64,000 bases of DNA from Methylophilus sp. Its GTDB lineage: Bacteria; Pseudomonadota; Gammaproteobacteria; Burkholderiales; Methylophilaceae. Position 1 is the first letter of the stretch, and each line of letters begins with the position of its first letter. Positions 1-9,225 of this stretch are shown here, in pieces. The notes under the pieces are model-generated. The model searched no databases. It saw only the letters and a list, made by a program, of their open reading frames with translations, and was not told where the DNA came from. The position numbers and the translations under genes are program-made. Location of the stretch: the NCBI GenBank assembly GCA_035423825.1, contig DAOMMM010000001.1, positions 359,516 to 423,515 of the forward strand, read 5' to 3'.

Positions 1-2
1 AG

Positions 3-794
3 CCTATTCAAGGCAAGACCATATTAGTAACGAGTGAACAGGGCTTCGGAGACTTCCTCCAATTCTGCAGGTACATTCCTATCCTCGAGGCTATGGGTGC
101 AATAGTGTTTCTGGAAGTGCCAAAGCCATTACAAACCGTGATATCAAGCATGCATGCTGGGTTTACGATGGTTGAGGCTGGCAATGCCATGCCAGAGACA
201 GATTACTACTGCCCAATGATGAGTTTGCCTGCTGCGCTAAAAACAGAGCTTTCAACTATTCCAAACAATGTTCCATATTTGTTCGTAGATAATGAAAAGA
301 AAAAACGCTGGTTAGACAAGTTGGGTGTCAAGGCCAGGCCGAGAATTGGCTTGGTGTTTTCTGGCTCAACAAAGCATCAGAATGACCATAACCGCAGCAT
401 TGCATTTGAACGATTATCACCTATGGTTGAGTTTCCAGCTGAATTCCACTTGTTGCAAAAGGAATTCCGCGAAAACGATATGCCGGTAATTAGAAGATTC
501 GACAATGTCAGATTACATCAGAACGACTTAACGGATTTTTCAGATACAGCGGCTTTGATTGCGTTGATGGATCTGGTGATATCTGTAGATACTTCGGTTG
601 CTCATTTGGCGGCAGCAATGGGTAAAGATTGCTGGGTCATGCTGCCTTATGCTCCGGATTTTCGGTGGATGTTGGATAGAGAAGATAGCCCCTGGTATCC
701 AAGTGTAAGGTTGTTCAGGCAGCCAGATTTTAATGATTGGGAAAGTGTGGTTGGCCAAGTCAAGCGTAAGCTGGAAGAAATTTTTGTTCAGTAG
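3..794 (+). CDS. 5'-truncated TPR-associated glycosyltransferase (GT9-like C-terminal part)
   Basis: Frame is open from base 3 (upstream of the listed Met at 93): GKTILVTSEQGFGDFLQFCRY, then DFSDTAALIALMDLVISVDTSVAHLAAAMGK and WYPSVRLFRQ. These are typical of the TPR + glycosyltransferase family. Confidence 0.8.
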   Translation, partial: PIQGKTILVTSEQGFGDFLQFCRYIPILEAMGAIVFLEVPKPLQTVISSMHAGFTMVEAGNAMPETDYYCPMMSLPAALKTELSTIPNNVPYLFVDNEKKKRWLDKLGVKARPRIGLVFSGSTKHQNDHNRSIAFERLSPMVEFPAEFHLLQKEFRENDMPVIRRFDNVRLHQNDLTDFSDTAALIALMDLVISVDTSVAHLAAAMGKDCWVMLPYAPDFRWMLDREDSPWYPSVRLFRQPDFNDWESVVGQVKRKLEEIFVQ

Positions 795-861
795 ATGTTA
801 TGTAACAGCATGAATGTAAATGATTTTTGTAATTTTTTTGTATGATTTTCATGGAAGGTGC

Positions 862-888
862 TAAAGATTAAGAAAATTCGTCCGACAT
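862..888 (+). promoter_or_regulatory. sigma28 (FliA)-type promoter, distal copy
   Basis: TAAA(862-865)-N15-TCCGACAT(881-888); imperfect -10. Confidence 0.5.
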
Positions 889-944
889 CATTTTCATGAG
901 GCGCGAGTGCGGTAGCCTGAAAAAATAAAATTTAAAACTAACCC

Positions 945-971
945 TAAATTTTATAAAAAGCCTACCGATAA
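945..971 (+). promoter_or_regulatory. sigma28 (FliA) promoter of flagellin
   Basis: TAAA(945-948)-N15-ACCGATAA(964-971); 7/8 match to GCCGATAA; 89 nt upstream of the fliC ATG. Confidence 0.85.
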
Positions 972-1059
972 CACTTACAAAGGCGATGCAAATCTGATGT
1001 GAGGCAAAGCCAGTTCTTAAATGATGTACTGAATTTTTTTAATTGAATGGAGAATCAAA

Positions 1060-1776
1060 ATGGCAGCAGTATTAAACACAAACGTAGCATCTATGTTCAA
1101 CGTTAACGCTTTGAATAAATCTAAACATGATTTGGATGTGTCCTTGGCACGCCTTTCTTCCGGCAGCCGTATCAACACCGCTCGTGACGATGCAACTGGT
1201 CTGGTAACAGCAATCGGTTTGGATTCTAAAGTGCGTGGTTCTTTGCAAGCACAACGTAACGCAAACGAGGGTGTGGCAAAAGCACAAACCAACGACAGCT
1301 ACCTGAACCAAATTACAGAAAACTTCCAACGTCTGCGTGAAATCGCTGTACAGCAAGGCGGCACTGCATCAGGCGCTGAAGCCGATGCGTTGAATGCGGA
1401 AAACACACGTATCTCCGGTTTGATTACAGCAACAGGCGCTGTGGTGGTGAACGCGGATGGCGGAACAGTGACAGGTAAAGGGGTTGCATTTACTGCAGCA
1501 TCCGGTACGACAGTAGCAAGCATTGATACCGCTTTGACTGCAGTGTCAACAGCACGTGCTAACTTTGGTGCGGACATGGTGACTTACCAATCTGCAGCTA
1601 ACAACCTGGGTAACTCTGCTGTAATGTTGGCACAACAATTAAGTGCGATTCGTGACACAGACTACGCAGTTGAGACTGCATCCATGACTAAGAACAACAT
1701 CCTGCAACAAGCTGGTACTGCGGCTCTGGCACAAGCTAACCAAGCACCACAAAACATTACAAGCTTGTTGCGTTAA
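1060..1776 (+). CDS. fliC: flagellin, unusually short (238 aa)
   Basis: N-term LNTNVAS...RLSSGSRINTARDDATGL; QRLREIAVQ; C-term IRDTDYAVE...ILQQAGTAALAQANQAPQNITSLLR; sigma28 promoter; GGAG RBS. Confidence 0.95.
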   Translation: MAAVLNTNVASMFNVNALNKSKHDLDVSLARLSSGSRINTARDDATGLVTAIGLDSKVRGSLQAQRNANEGVAKAQTNDSYLNQITENFQRLREIAVQQGGTASGAEADALNAENTRISGLITATGAVVVNADGGTVTGKGVAFTAASGTTVASIDTALTAVSTARANFGADMVTYQSAANNLGNSAVMLAQQLSAIRDTDYAVETASMTKNNILQQAGTAALAQANQAPQNITSLLR

Positions 1777-1808
1777 TTGGCGATTAGGCTGTAGGCGTAG
1801 TAAGCAAC

Positions 1809-1838
1809 AAACCAGCCAGATACCCCTGGCTGGTTTTT
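1809..1838 (+). terminator. Rho-independent terminator after fliC
   Basis: AAACCAGCCAG-atacccc-loop-CTGGCTGGTTT stem (1809-1819/1826-1836) running into a T tract. Confidence 0.75.
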
Positions 1839-1860
1839 GAAGTTGAAGAAGGGACACAAA

Positions 1861-2271
1861 ATGTCTATACAGAGTATGAATACACTAACCGGTGGAGTCG
1901 TCCAGCCAGGAGGGTATGTTCCGGCTCCGTCAACAACTTCTCGTAAGGCGCTTCCTGTAGAAGTAAAGGCAGTGGAAGTAAAAGAGGTTGCAACATCAGA
2001 TCAACTGCAAAAGGCAGTAGAGGACGCCAACGAAGTATTCAGGCAAATAAACTCGGATGTGCAATTTGTCGTGGATAAAGAATCCAATAAGGTTGTCATC
2101 AAGCTAGTCGAGCATGGCTCAGGTGAAGTAATAAATCAGTATCCGACAGAACAAGCGTTGGCTATCAGCAAAGCGATTGCGCAGATGCAATCTGAAATTG
2201 TCGAGCGCCATGCTGCATTCAAAGCTGCCGACTCAGGTCTGGCAGGTTTGATGTTGAAGCAAAAAACTTAA
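1861..2271 (+). CDS. flaG: FlaG family protein
   Basis: LQKAVEDANEVF...VQFVVDKESNKVVIKLVEHGSGEVINQYPTEQAL; lies between fliC and fliD. ATG 1861 is preferred over the listed TTG 1837, which lies in the terminator. Confidence 0.85.
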   Translation: MSIQSMNTLTGGVVQPGGYVPAPSTTSRKALPVEVKAVEVKEVATSDQLQKAVEDANEVFRQINSDVQFVVDKESNKVVIKLVEHGSGEVINQYPTEQALAISKAIAQMQSEIVERHAAFKAADSGLAGLMLKQKT

Positions 2272-2282
2272 GAGGAATAAAA

Positions 2283-3704
2283 ATGGCTGGTGTTTCAGGC
2301 ATTAATGCGAGTACTCTGGATGTCACATCCATCGTGTCACAACTGATGGCGGTTGAGCGTCAACCGATAGACAAGCTGAATAAAAGAACAGCGAGTTATG
2401 AAACTCAGCTTTCCGTATTCGGCTCTGTCAGAAGCAGCGTTGCCAATTTTCAGGCGGCAGTGCAAAAACTTAAAGGTAGTGGCGGGTTCCAGGCATTTAA
2501 AGTGAACGTTGGAGATACCTCGGTATTCAATGCTAGCACCGGTACTAATGCAGTTCCAGGAAACTACAGTCTTGAGGTTTCAAGTCTTGCTCAGTCTCAG
2601 CAACTTGTCGCTGCAGGACAGTCTAGCTCAACTGCAGCGATAGGCAGCGGGTCAGCTACGACAATCAGTTTTGATTTTGGTACGATCAGTGGCGGTAGTT
2701 TCAACTCAGCTAGCGGAACATATTCCGGTGCAAGTTTTACCAGTAACGGTGGCGGTACCAAAACCGTGATGATAGATAGCAGTAACAATACACTGGAAGG
2801 AATCCGGGATGCAATCAACAAGGCAAATATCGGTGTGAATGCCACTATCGTCAATGATGGTAGTGGTACACCTTATCGCTTGGCTTTATCTTCGGCGTCC
2901 TCCGGTGTAAGCAATAGCATGAGCATCTCGGTTGCTGGCGATGCTGCCATTGGCGGTTTGTTGAATCATGATCCAGCGGGGACACAAAACCTGTCGCAGA
3001 CGGTAGCAGCACAAAACGCTAATCTCAAGGTGAATGGTGTTTCCATCACTAAAACCTCGAATACCGTATCAGATGCAATTCAGGGGGTGACTTTGAGCCT
3101 GAGTAAGGTTACAACTTCTCCGGTTAGTATGAGCGTCAGCAAGGATACGTCTGCGATCAGTTCTGCTGCAAATTCGTTTGTATCGGCTTATAACGATCTG
3201 ATGAACGGCCTAAAGAGCATGTCTGCCTACAAGACAAGTACCAGTAGTGCAGGGTCTTTGGCAGGCGATCCTGCTGTCAGGCAAATGATAGATGAACTCA
3301 GAGGCATCATGAGCGGCACCGTTGCCGGTGGCGCTTACACCATGCTGTCTGATGTTGGATTCAATAGCAAGCCAGGTACCGGATTAGTGCTTGATACCAC
3401 CAAGTTCGACGCGGCTGTTTCAAATAATCTAGCTGATCTATCCAATTTGTTCATCTCGGACAGCGGGTTTGCTACCAAATTGGATGCTTGGGCCAAGTCT
3501 ACGCTGAATGTCACCATTACTTCACGAACCGCGAACATCAATACTGCAATCAGTAACATAGCAAAAGAAGTGGATAGGCTAGAGGTGCGCATGGATAGCA
3601 TCAAGAAACGCTATACCGCGCAGTTCACGAATCTGAACGTGATTTTGGCAAGAATGAGTTCAGAACAGTCATACGTAAGCAAAATCGCTACACAGCAACA
3701 ATAG
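2283..3704 (+). CDS. fliD: flagellar filament cap
   Basis: LDVTSIVSQLMAVERQP, SSLAQSQQL, AQNANLKVNGVSI..SNTVSDAIQGVTL, RYTAQFTNL. Confidence 0.95.
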   Translation: MAGVSGINASTLDVTSIVSQLMAVERQPIDKLNKRTASYETQLSVFGSVRSSVANFQAAVQKLKGSGGFQAFKVNVGDTSVFNASTGTNAVPGNYSLEVSSLAQSQQLVAAGQSSSTAAIGSGSATTISFDFGTISGGSFNSASGTYSGASFTSNGGGTKTVMIDSSNNTLEGIRDAINKANIGVNATIVNDGSGTPYRLALSSASSGVSNSMSISVAGDAAIGGLLNHDPAGTQNLSQTVAAQNANLKVNGVSITKTSNTVSDAIQGVTLSLSKVTTSPVSMSVSKDTSAISSAANSFVSAYNDLMNGLKSMSAYKTSTSSAGSLAGDPAVRQMIDELRGIMSGTVAGGAYTMLSDVGFNSKPGTGLVLDTTKFDAAVSNNLADLSNLFISDSGFATKLDAWAKSTLNVTITSRTANINTAISNIAKEVDRLEVRMDSIKKRYTAQFTNLNVILARMSSEQSYVSKIATQQQ

Positions 3705-3723
3705 TCATTGAAGGGAAACAACA

Positions 3724-4185
3724 ATGTTCGGCACGACAAATAAAAGTGTGAATCAGTACAAGACAATGAGTATTGAAACAGGAGTGGCTGCAGCAAATCC
3801 TGTCCAATTGATCGTAATGCTTTACGAGGGTGCGATAGTGGCGTGTCGTTCTGCGATTCCTCATATCAAAAATAATGACTACGCAAAGAAAAGCGAGATG
3901 ATTTTCAAGGCAATCAAGATCATTCAAAGCGGCTTGCGCATGAGTTTGGATAAGCAGCAGGGTGGCCAGATCGCTGAGAATCTGGACGCTTTGTATATCT
4001 ATATGACCAATCTGTTGATCAAGGCCAATATTGAGAACAGAACAGAACTGGTAGAGGAAGTGATTAAGCTGCTTACCGAACTTTGCAGCGCTTGGGAGGA
4101 AATATCCAAAAGGGAACTGGCGAATCAGGTAAGAGTCGCTAATTTGGATAATGTGAATAATGTTGCATATTTAGAAAAGGCTTGA
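3724..4185 (+). CDS. fliS: flagellin chaperone
   Basis: ANPVQLIVMLYEGAI, GLRMSLDKQQGGQIAENLDALYIYM. Confidence 0.95.
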   Translation: MFGTTNKSVNQYKTMSIETGVAAANPVQLIVMLYEGAIVACRSAIPHIKNNDYAKKSEMIFKAIKIIQSGLRMSLDKQQGGQIAENLDALYIYMTNLLIKANIENRTELVEEVIKLLTELCSAWEEISKRELANQVRVANLDNVNNVAYLEKA

Positions 4186-4505
4186 TGATGAGTTATCTTA
4201 ATGTATTGTCATTATACGAATCGGTCGCAGAAATCACGAGCCATATGTTGCTGGCAGCCCAAGAGCAGGATTGGGACAAGCTAAGTGAACTGGAGGGATA
4301 TTGTGCGGAATATGTGGAGAAGCTCAAGCTACACGAGCAATTAGAACCGCTGACAGGAGATGCGCAAGCCAAAAAATTGGCATGTATCAAACGCATACTG
4401 GCAGATGATCGCGAAATCAGGAATCTGATGGCCCCTTGGATGGTTAAGCTTAATTCGATGCTCAACAACAACCGGGCTGAGGCCAGGGGCAGCACACGCG
4501 CCTAA
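4182..4505 (+). CDS. fliT: FliD chaperone
   Basis: YESVAEITSHMLLAAQEQDWDKLSELE, ILADDREIRNLMAPW; follows fliS. Confidence 0.85.
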   Translation: MMMSYLNVLSLYESVAEITSHMLLAAQEQDWDKLSELEGYCAEYVEKLKLHEQLEPLTGDAQAKKLACIKRILADDREIRNLMAPWMVKLNSMLNNNRAEARGSTRA

Positions 4506-4517
4506 AGGCAAATACTG

Positions 4518-5477
4518 GTGATGGCCATTACGCTGACATCTGCTGAGAACACCGCCATCCATCCAGTCGCAAGAGTGGCACCGGTAATGTCTGTTTCGCA
4601 TATTGGTGACGCGCTTCAGGAGCTGAATGCGCGGGCTGTTCTGTTTACTAAGGGTACACATTATCCGGCACTGGTCACTTCCAAGTTTGATGATGGAACT
4701 TTTATGGTCAGGATTGGCCAGTCATCATACAAGATGAACCTTGGGGTATCTGTAACCATAGGCCAACACTTATTGCTTCAATATTTGAATGACTCACCTG
4801 TTCCCACGTTTGCATTGTTGGGGAATGGGACTGCTCACGCTGAGAAAAACAATGCTGTTAGCTCCACCGTGAGTGCTGCAGCACACTTTATCGATGAGTC
4901 GCTTAAGCTCGCGGATGTTGCTGGGTCTTCAGCAAGGTATGAAGCAAAGCAAGTCGTGACCCATTTTCCGTCCATTCCGCAGTTAGTCGCGCAAAATCTT
5001 AAAGCTGCTATAGAACAAAGCGGCTTATTCTACGAATCCCATCTCAGACAATACCATGAAGGGCATCGGGCATTATCCGAGTTGCGTGCAGAGCCGCAGA
5101 ATCAGTCCAACACAAACAACACACTTTTGCCGCAACAGCTTGCAATACTTGAAACCCAGCGTCTTTCTTGGCACGGTGAGATATGGCCGGGTCAAAAAAT
5201 GGATTGGGATGTTTATTTGAAAGATGATAAGCAGGAAAGTGGTGAAAAAACTGCAGCCAGTCCAGGGTCGGTATTTACCGATTTGACCTTGGATCTGCCG
5301 CATCTGGGGAAAGTCACTGCTAAGCTCAGCCTGGTCGATGGCCGCATGCATATTGGCTTATTTGCCGAGAAAACAGAAGCGTGCTCGCAGATGAGGGCTC
5401 AAAGTGTTGGCTTGATTGATGCCATTAAGCGCAATGGACAAAAGCTCGATGGGTTAACGGTGGCCTCTTATGTATGA
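4518..5477 (+). CDS. FliK-like protein (hook-length-control C-terminal fold)
   Basis: LKAAIEQSGLFYESHL, QRLSWHGEIWPGQKMDW, LTLDLPHLGKVTAKLSL; directly upstream of an FlhB-C-like gene. Confidence 0.7.
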   Translation: MMAITLTSAENTAIHPVARVAPVMSVSHIGDALQELNARAVLFTKGTHYPALVTSKFDDGTFMVRIGQSSYKMNLGVSVTIGQHLLLQYLNDSPVPTFALLGNGTAHAEKNNAVSSTVSAAAHFIDESLKLADVAGSSARYEAKQVVTHFPSIPQLVAQNLKAAIEQSGLFYESHLRQYHEGHRALSELRAEPQNQSNTNNTLLPQQLAILETQRLSWHGEIWPGQKMDWDVYLKDDKQESGEKTAASPGSVFTDLTLDLPHLGKVTAKLSLVDGRMHIGLFAEKTEACSQMRAQSVGLIDAIKRNGQKLDGLTVASYV

Positions 5478-5769
5478 TGCTTTGACTACAAGACAGGAAG
5501 CTATCGCGTTAGCTTACGAGTCAGGTGATTTTGCGCCTAGAGTAGTTGCTAAGGGTCGAGGGGCCATTGCCGAGCAAATCATCGCCAGAGCAGAGGAGCA
5601 TGGTGTATTTGTGCATCAATCTAAAGAATTGATTGCATTGTTGATGCAGGTGGATCTGGATGATTACATTCCCCCTGAGCTTTATCTAGCAATTGCGGAA
5701 ATATTAGCTTGGCTGTATCGATTGGAGTCGGGGCAGCTTCCGCCAGCCATTGAGAATCTAAGCAAATAG
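5470..5769 (+). CDS. FlhB C-terminal-domain-like small protein (EscU/YscU/HrcU family; FlhX/YlqH-like)
   Basis: AIALAYE..DFAPRVVAKGRGAIAEQII..AEEHGV..IPPELYLAIAEILAWLY, homologous to the end of FlhB in this window. Confidence 0.85.
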   Translation: MYDALTTRQEAIALAYESGDFAPRVVAKGRGAIAEQIIARAEEHGVFVHQSKELIALLMQVDLDDYIPPELYLAIAEILAWLYRLESGQLPPAIENLSK

Positions 5770-8532
5770 TTTTTCAAATTCTTCGACGGCAATAGGGCGC
5801 GAGAAGTAATAGCCTTGGCCATAGTCACAGCCGATGGCTTTGAGCAGATTGCATTGCTGTTCAGTTTCCACTCCTTCCGCAATCACCATCATGCCTAATT
5901 TGTGCGCCATAACGATAATCGCTTCACAAACCGCCATGTCATCAGTCTGGGATTCGAGGTTTCTTACAAACGACTGATCAATCTTGATGTAATCAATATC
6001 AAATTTTTTAATGTAAGACAGCGATGAATAGCCGGTACCAAAGTCATCCAAGGATACCTGAACACCGTTGTCACGGAGCTCGAGCAATTGATCTCGGATA
6101 GCATTGCTACTGTCCAATAACAGTCTTTCCGTGATTTCAACCGAGATGCTTTGCCCTGGCAGACCAAGTTTTTTGAGATGATTGGTCCAGTTCAAATGTG
6201 ACTTTTTGTTCGTGTTGTTAAAGAACTGTACCGGTGATTTGTTGATGCTGATCTGGAAGTCCGGGTGGATTGACTGGCGCCACAATGCGACTTGTTCAGT
6301 AGCCTGTGTGAACACCCAATCCCCGATTTCCATAATTAGCCCGGTGTCTTCTGCAATCGGGATGAATTCAGCCGGGCTGATGTTGCCGTTGATGGGGTGA
6401 CGCCAGCGAATCAGCGCCTCGGCTTTGTTGATTTGGCCGGTAGATAAATCAACAATAGGCTGATAAAGCAGATATAGCTGGTTTTTACCAAGCGCGTCAC
6501 GCAGGTCGTTCGTCAGGCGCATTCTGTTTTGAACGGTCACCTGCATAGACTCCGTAAAGAAACTGAATCGGTTCCTGCCAAGCCTTTTTGCGGCATACAT
6601 CGCCTGGTCCGCATTTTTCAATAATGTGTCGGCATTCATTGAGTCCATTGGATATAAAGTAATGCCGATGCTTGCCGAGATGTAGACTTTTTCAGACCCA
6701 AGCTGATACGGCTCAGATAATTTGTCCAGAATTCTTTGTGCAATCAGTTCCACGCAGTTGATGTCACGTAACTCACCAAGCACGATAGTGAATTCGTCCC
6801 CCCCTAGCCGGGATACCGCGTGGTCGCTGAGTCCAACAGTGTCTGTGTCGCGCACGCATCCAACCAGGCGCTTGGCGGCCTCAATTAGCAGTACATCGCC
6901 CATAGCATGCCCAAGCGTGTCGTTGATCTCTTTAAAGTGGTCTAAGTCAATAAACATCAGAGCAAGCGGTAAATCCGCGCGATGTGTTTTTTTGATTTCC
7001 TGATTGAGCCTGTCGTTGAACATGCGACGATTAGGCAGATTGGTCAGCGGGTCGAAGTTGGCCTGCCGCCAAATGATGTCCTCTGATTCTTTTTTCTTGG
7101 TAATGTCGGTCGCCAGGCTGACATAGTTAAGTACTGCACCATTTGCGTCAAAGATAGTGTTGATCCTGAGCCACTCTAGGTAAAGTTCGCCATTCTTATT
7201 GCGGTTCCACACTTCTCCCTGCCATTTTCCTGTGGTGGTCAGTTGATGCCAGAGCTCTTGATAAAAAGCTTTATCCTGCCGGCCTGAGCTGAGCATGCTT
7301 GGATTTTTGCCAATGACTTCTTCCGCAGAATATCCGGTTATACTTGTAAAAGCGGGGTTTACAGCGATGATCCTGTTTTTCGCATCGCATATCATCATGC
7401 ACTCATTGGTATTCTGATAAAACATCGATGCGAGTGTCTGTTCTTTATTGTAATCCGCACGTTCAATCGCAATCCCGGCCAGGTATGCATTATGCGTGAT
7501 GACTTCTAAGTCGTCATCGCTGGGGCTGGCGGGAGCCCGTCGATAGACAGCCAGTGAACCCAGTACCTTACCTGTAGAGCTCTTGATTGGCTCAGACCAG
7601 CAGGCAGCCAACTCGGCTTTCGCTGTCAGCTCTTTATATGGAGCCCAGTTAGGGTGGGATTGAATATCCTCTACTATTACACGCATACCGGTGTATGCAG
7701 ACGCGCCGCAACTGCCTACGTTTGGTCCGATTTCCAGACCTGTGATTGCCTTGATATAAAACTCAGGCAGGCTGGGTCCGACAGTATGGAGTAGATGTTT
7801 ACCCTGCTTGTCCAACCCGATAATGCTGCAAATGAAGTCAGGGTTTTGTGTCTCCATGCTAGTGACGATAAATTCCAGAGTCTCATTCAATGGCGCGTTG
7901 TTGGCAATCATTCCCATGATGCGGGCATAGGATTTTTCGCGTTTTTCTCTGGCGGCTGAAGTGGTCGTCAGTTCTATGTTCTGTAATATGGTCTGGTTTG
8001 ACTTTTTGGCCACAGAGGCAATGAAAACCATAAATAATAATGTCATCAGGGCCATGGTGTTGGCGGAAGTTGTCTCTTCGACATAAAGACGAATCAGTAA
8101 AGACAGTAGGATGGGTGCCGCAAATCCAAACAGGGATATCAAATCAACGGAGTAAGCGATGGCTGCTGATGCGCAAATCCCCAAGATTGCCAAAATCACG
8201 ATTAACTGGTTGATTGGATTATCTGCCGGAAACAACAGGAAGCATCCTGTACCCCATAGAATCCCGGTAAGGATAATGCCTGCTCTAAATCGGGTTAGCC
8301 ATGAAATATCCGGCAGGTTGTTGCGGTGAAAAGCGAGAGACAGATAGAAACGGGCGATATATGCCGTGTCGATTAAAGCTAACCAAAGATACGTAAGTGA
8401 AGATGCTTCGCCATGCTGATAAGCGTTCAATACCAGCATTGCAGCAAGAACGACCCCGATAGCATATGGCAAGACGCTTGCTTGATATAAACGTCTGCTA
8501 ATAGCCGCATCTATTTCAGAAAATTGTTTCAC
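5758..8532 (-). CDS. membrane-anchored GAF-PAS-GGDEF-EAL c-di-GMP enzyme
   Basis: About 5 hydrophobic N-terminal segments; GAF (GPNVGSCGASAYTG..CWSEPI); PAS (VNPAFTSITGY..NPSMLSSG); RLGGDEF; AEALIRW, LDDFGTGYSSLSY, EGVET. Confidence 0.9.
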   Translation of the reverse strand: MKQFSEIDAAISRRLYQASVLPYAIGVVLAAMLVLNAYQHGEASSLTYLWLALIDTAYIARFYLSLAFHRNNLPDISWLTRFRAGIILTGILWGTGCFLLFPADNPINQLIVILAILGICASAAIAYSVDLISLFGFAAPILLSLLIRLYVEETTSANTMALMTLLFMVFIASVAKKSNQTILQNIELTTTSAAREKREKSYARIMGMIANNAPLNETLEFIVTSMETQNPDFICSIIGLDKQGKHLLHTVGPSLPEFYIKAITGLEIGPNVGSCGASAYTGMRVIVEDIQSHPNWAPYKELTAKAELAACWSEPIKSSTGKVLGSLAVYRRAPASPSDDDLEVITHNAYLAGIAIERADYNKEQTLASMFYQNTNECMMICDAKNRIIAVNPAFTSITGYSAEEVIGKNPSMLSSGRQDKAFYQELWHQLTTTGKWQGEVWNRNKNGELYLEWLRINTIFDANGAVLNYVSLATDITKKKESEDIIWRQANFDPLTNLPNRRMFNDRLNQEIKKTHRADLPLALMFIDLDHFKEINDTLGHAMGDVLLIEAAKRLVGCVRDTDTVGLSDHAVSRLGGDEFTIVLGELRDINCVELIAQRILDKLSEPYQLGSEKVYISASIGITLYPMDSMNADTLLKNADQAMYAAKRLGRNRFSFFTESMQVTVQNRMRLTNDLRDALGKNQLYLLYQPIVDLSTGQINKAEALIRWRHPINGNISPAEFIPIAEDTGLIMEIGDWVFTQATEQVALWRQSIHPDFQISINKSPVQFFNNTNKKSHLNWTNHLKKLGLPGQSISVEITERLLLDSSNAIRDQLLELRDNGVQVSLDDFGTGYSSLSYIKKFDIDYIKIDQSFVRNLESQTDDMAVCEAIIVMAHKLGMMVIAEGVETEQQCNLLKAIGCDYGQGYYFSRPIAVEEFEKLFA

Positions 8533-8645
8533 TTAGCTAAAGGCTCTCTTGTTTTAAGCATCGTTCAAGACACTTAAATGTTATTGTTGATAACTGCATT
8601 TAATCACTCGTCCAGAGCATTAGCAAGCTGTATGAATTCACTCTA

Positions 8646-9008
8646 TTAAACCTGCATGTTCATGATGTCGTGATAAGCGGAGACAAGCTTGTTGCGCACC
8701 TGCACCGTGGCCTGAAAAGAGATGTTTGCTTTTTGACCGGCGATCATCACATCTGACAGGCTGACGCTGTCATCCCCCATCGCAAAGTTCTTACCCAGTT
8801 GCTCAGCATGCAATTGAACTTGATTCACCTGATCCAGCGAAGCCTTCAATGCATCCGAAAAATTGACTTTGGCAGCCTGTGGGGGTTTTTGTGTCCCAAC
8901 TGCGGAGGATAATCCATCCACCGGACTTGCCTGAGGTTTTTGTGCCGCCGCCTTGAGTTGGGCAAGCATGGCTTCGATTCTGCCTGAATCTATTCCTCCT
9001 GCTTTCAT
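8646..9008 (-). CDS. fliE: hook-basal body protein
   Basis: FSDALKASLDQVN..LSDVMIAGQKANISFQATVQVRNKLVSAYHDIMNMQV. ATG 9008 has an AGGAG RBS (listed start 9026). Confidence 0.95.
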   Translation of the reverse strand: MKAGGIDSGRIEAMLAQLKAAAQKPQASPVDGLSSAVGTQKPPQAAKVNFSDALKASLDQVNQVQLHAEQLGKNFAMGDDSVSLSDVMIAGQKANISFQATVQVRNKLVSAYHDIMNMQV

Positions 9009-9079
9009 CGGTCGACTCCTTAACATTTCACTAAAAATGACATGCTGCTAATTTATCACTTGCAGTATTTGTTAAGCCC

Positions 9080-9111
9080 AGAAATAGGCTGGGTAAACAG
9101 GCTTTATTCCT
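9080..9111. promoter_or_regulatory. candidate FlhDC box in the fliE/fliF divergent spacer
   Basis: AGAAATAGGC...GCTTTATTCC; contains TTATTCC. Related motifs lie upstream of fliL, flgB, flhB and motA. Confidence 0.5.
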
Positions 9112-9225
9112 AGATTTAAAAATTAAAGTAATCCGCATAATGGTATCCAATAAGTGAATTGTGCAATTGCTTCCCTGAGACATGACATGGAATAGTGATT
9201 GCAACAGCGAATCGGAGATATACGT

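Noticed and set aside
979-1020. fliC leader echo of a c-di-GMP-I riboswitch (GCAAA...GCAAAGCC, AGCCAGUU)
   Set aside because: No GNRA-capped P2, no tetraloop receptor, and too short. An Infernal scan with Rfam RF01051 would settle it.
1147-1350. Immune-evasion variant of the flg22/TLR5 epitopes in the short flagellin
   Set aside because: RLSSGSRINTARDDATGL and QRLREIAV are largely retained, so the sequence gives no support.
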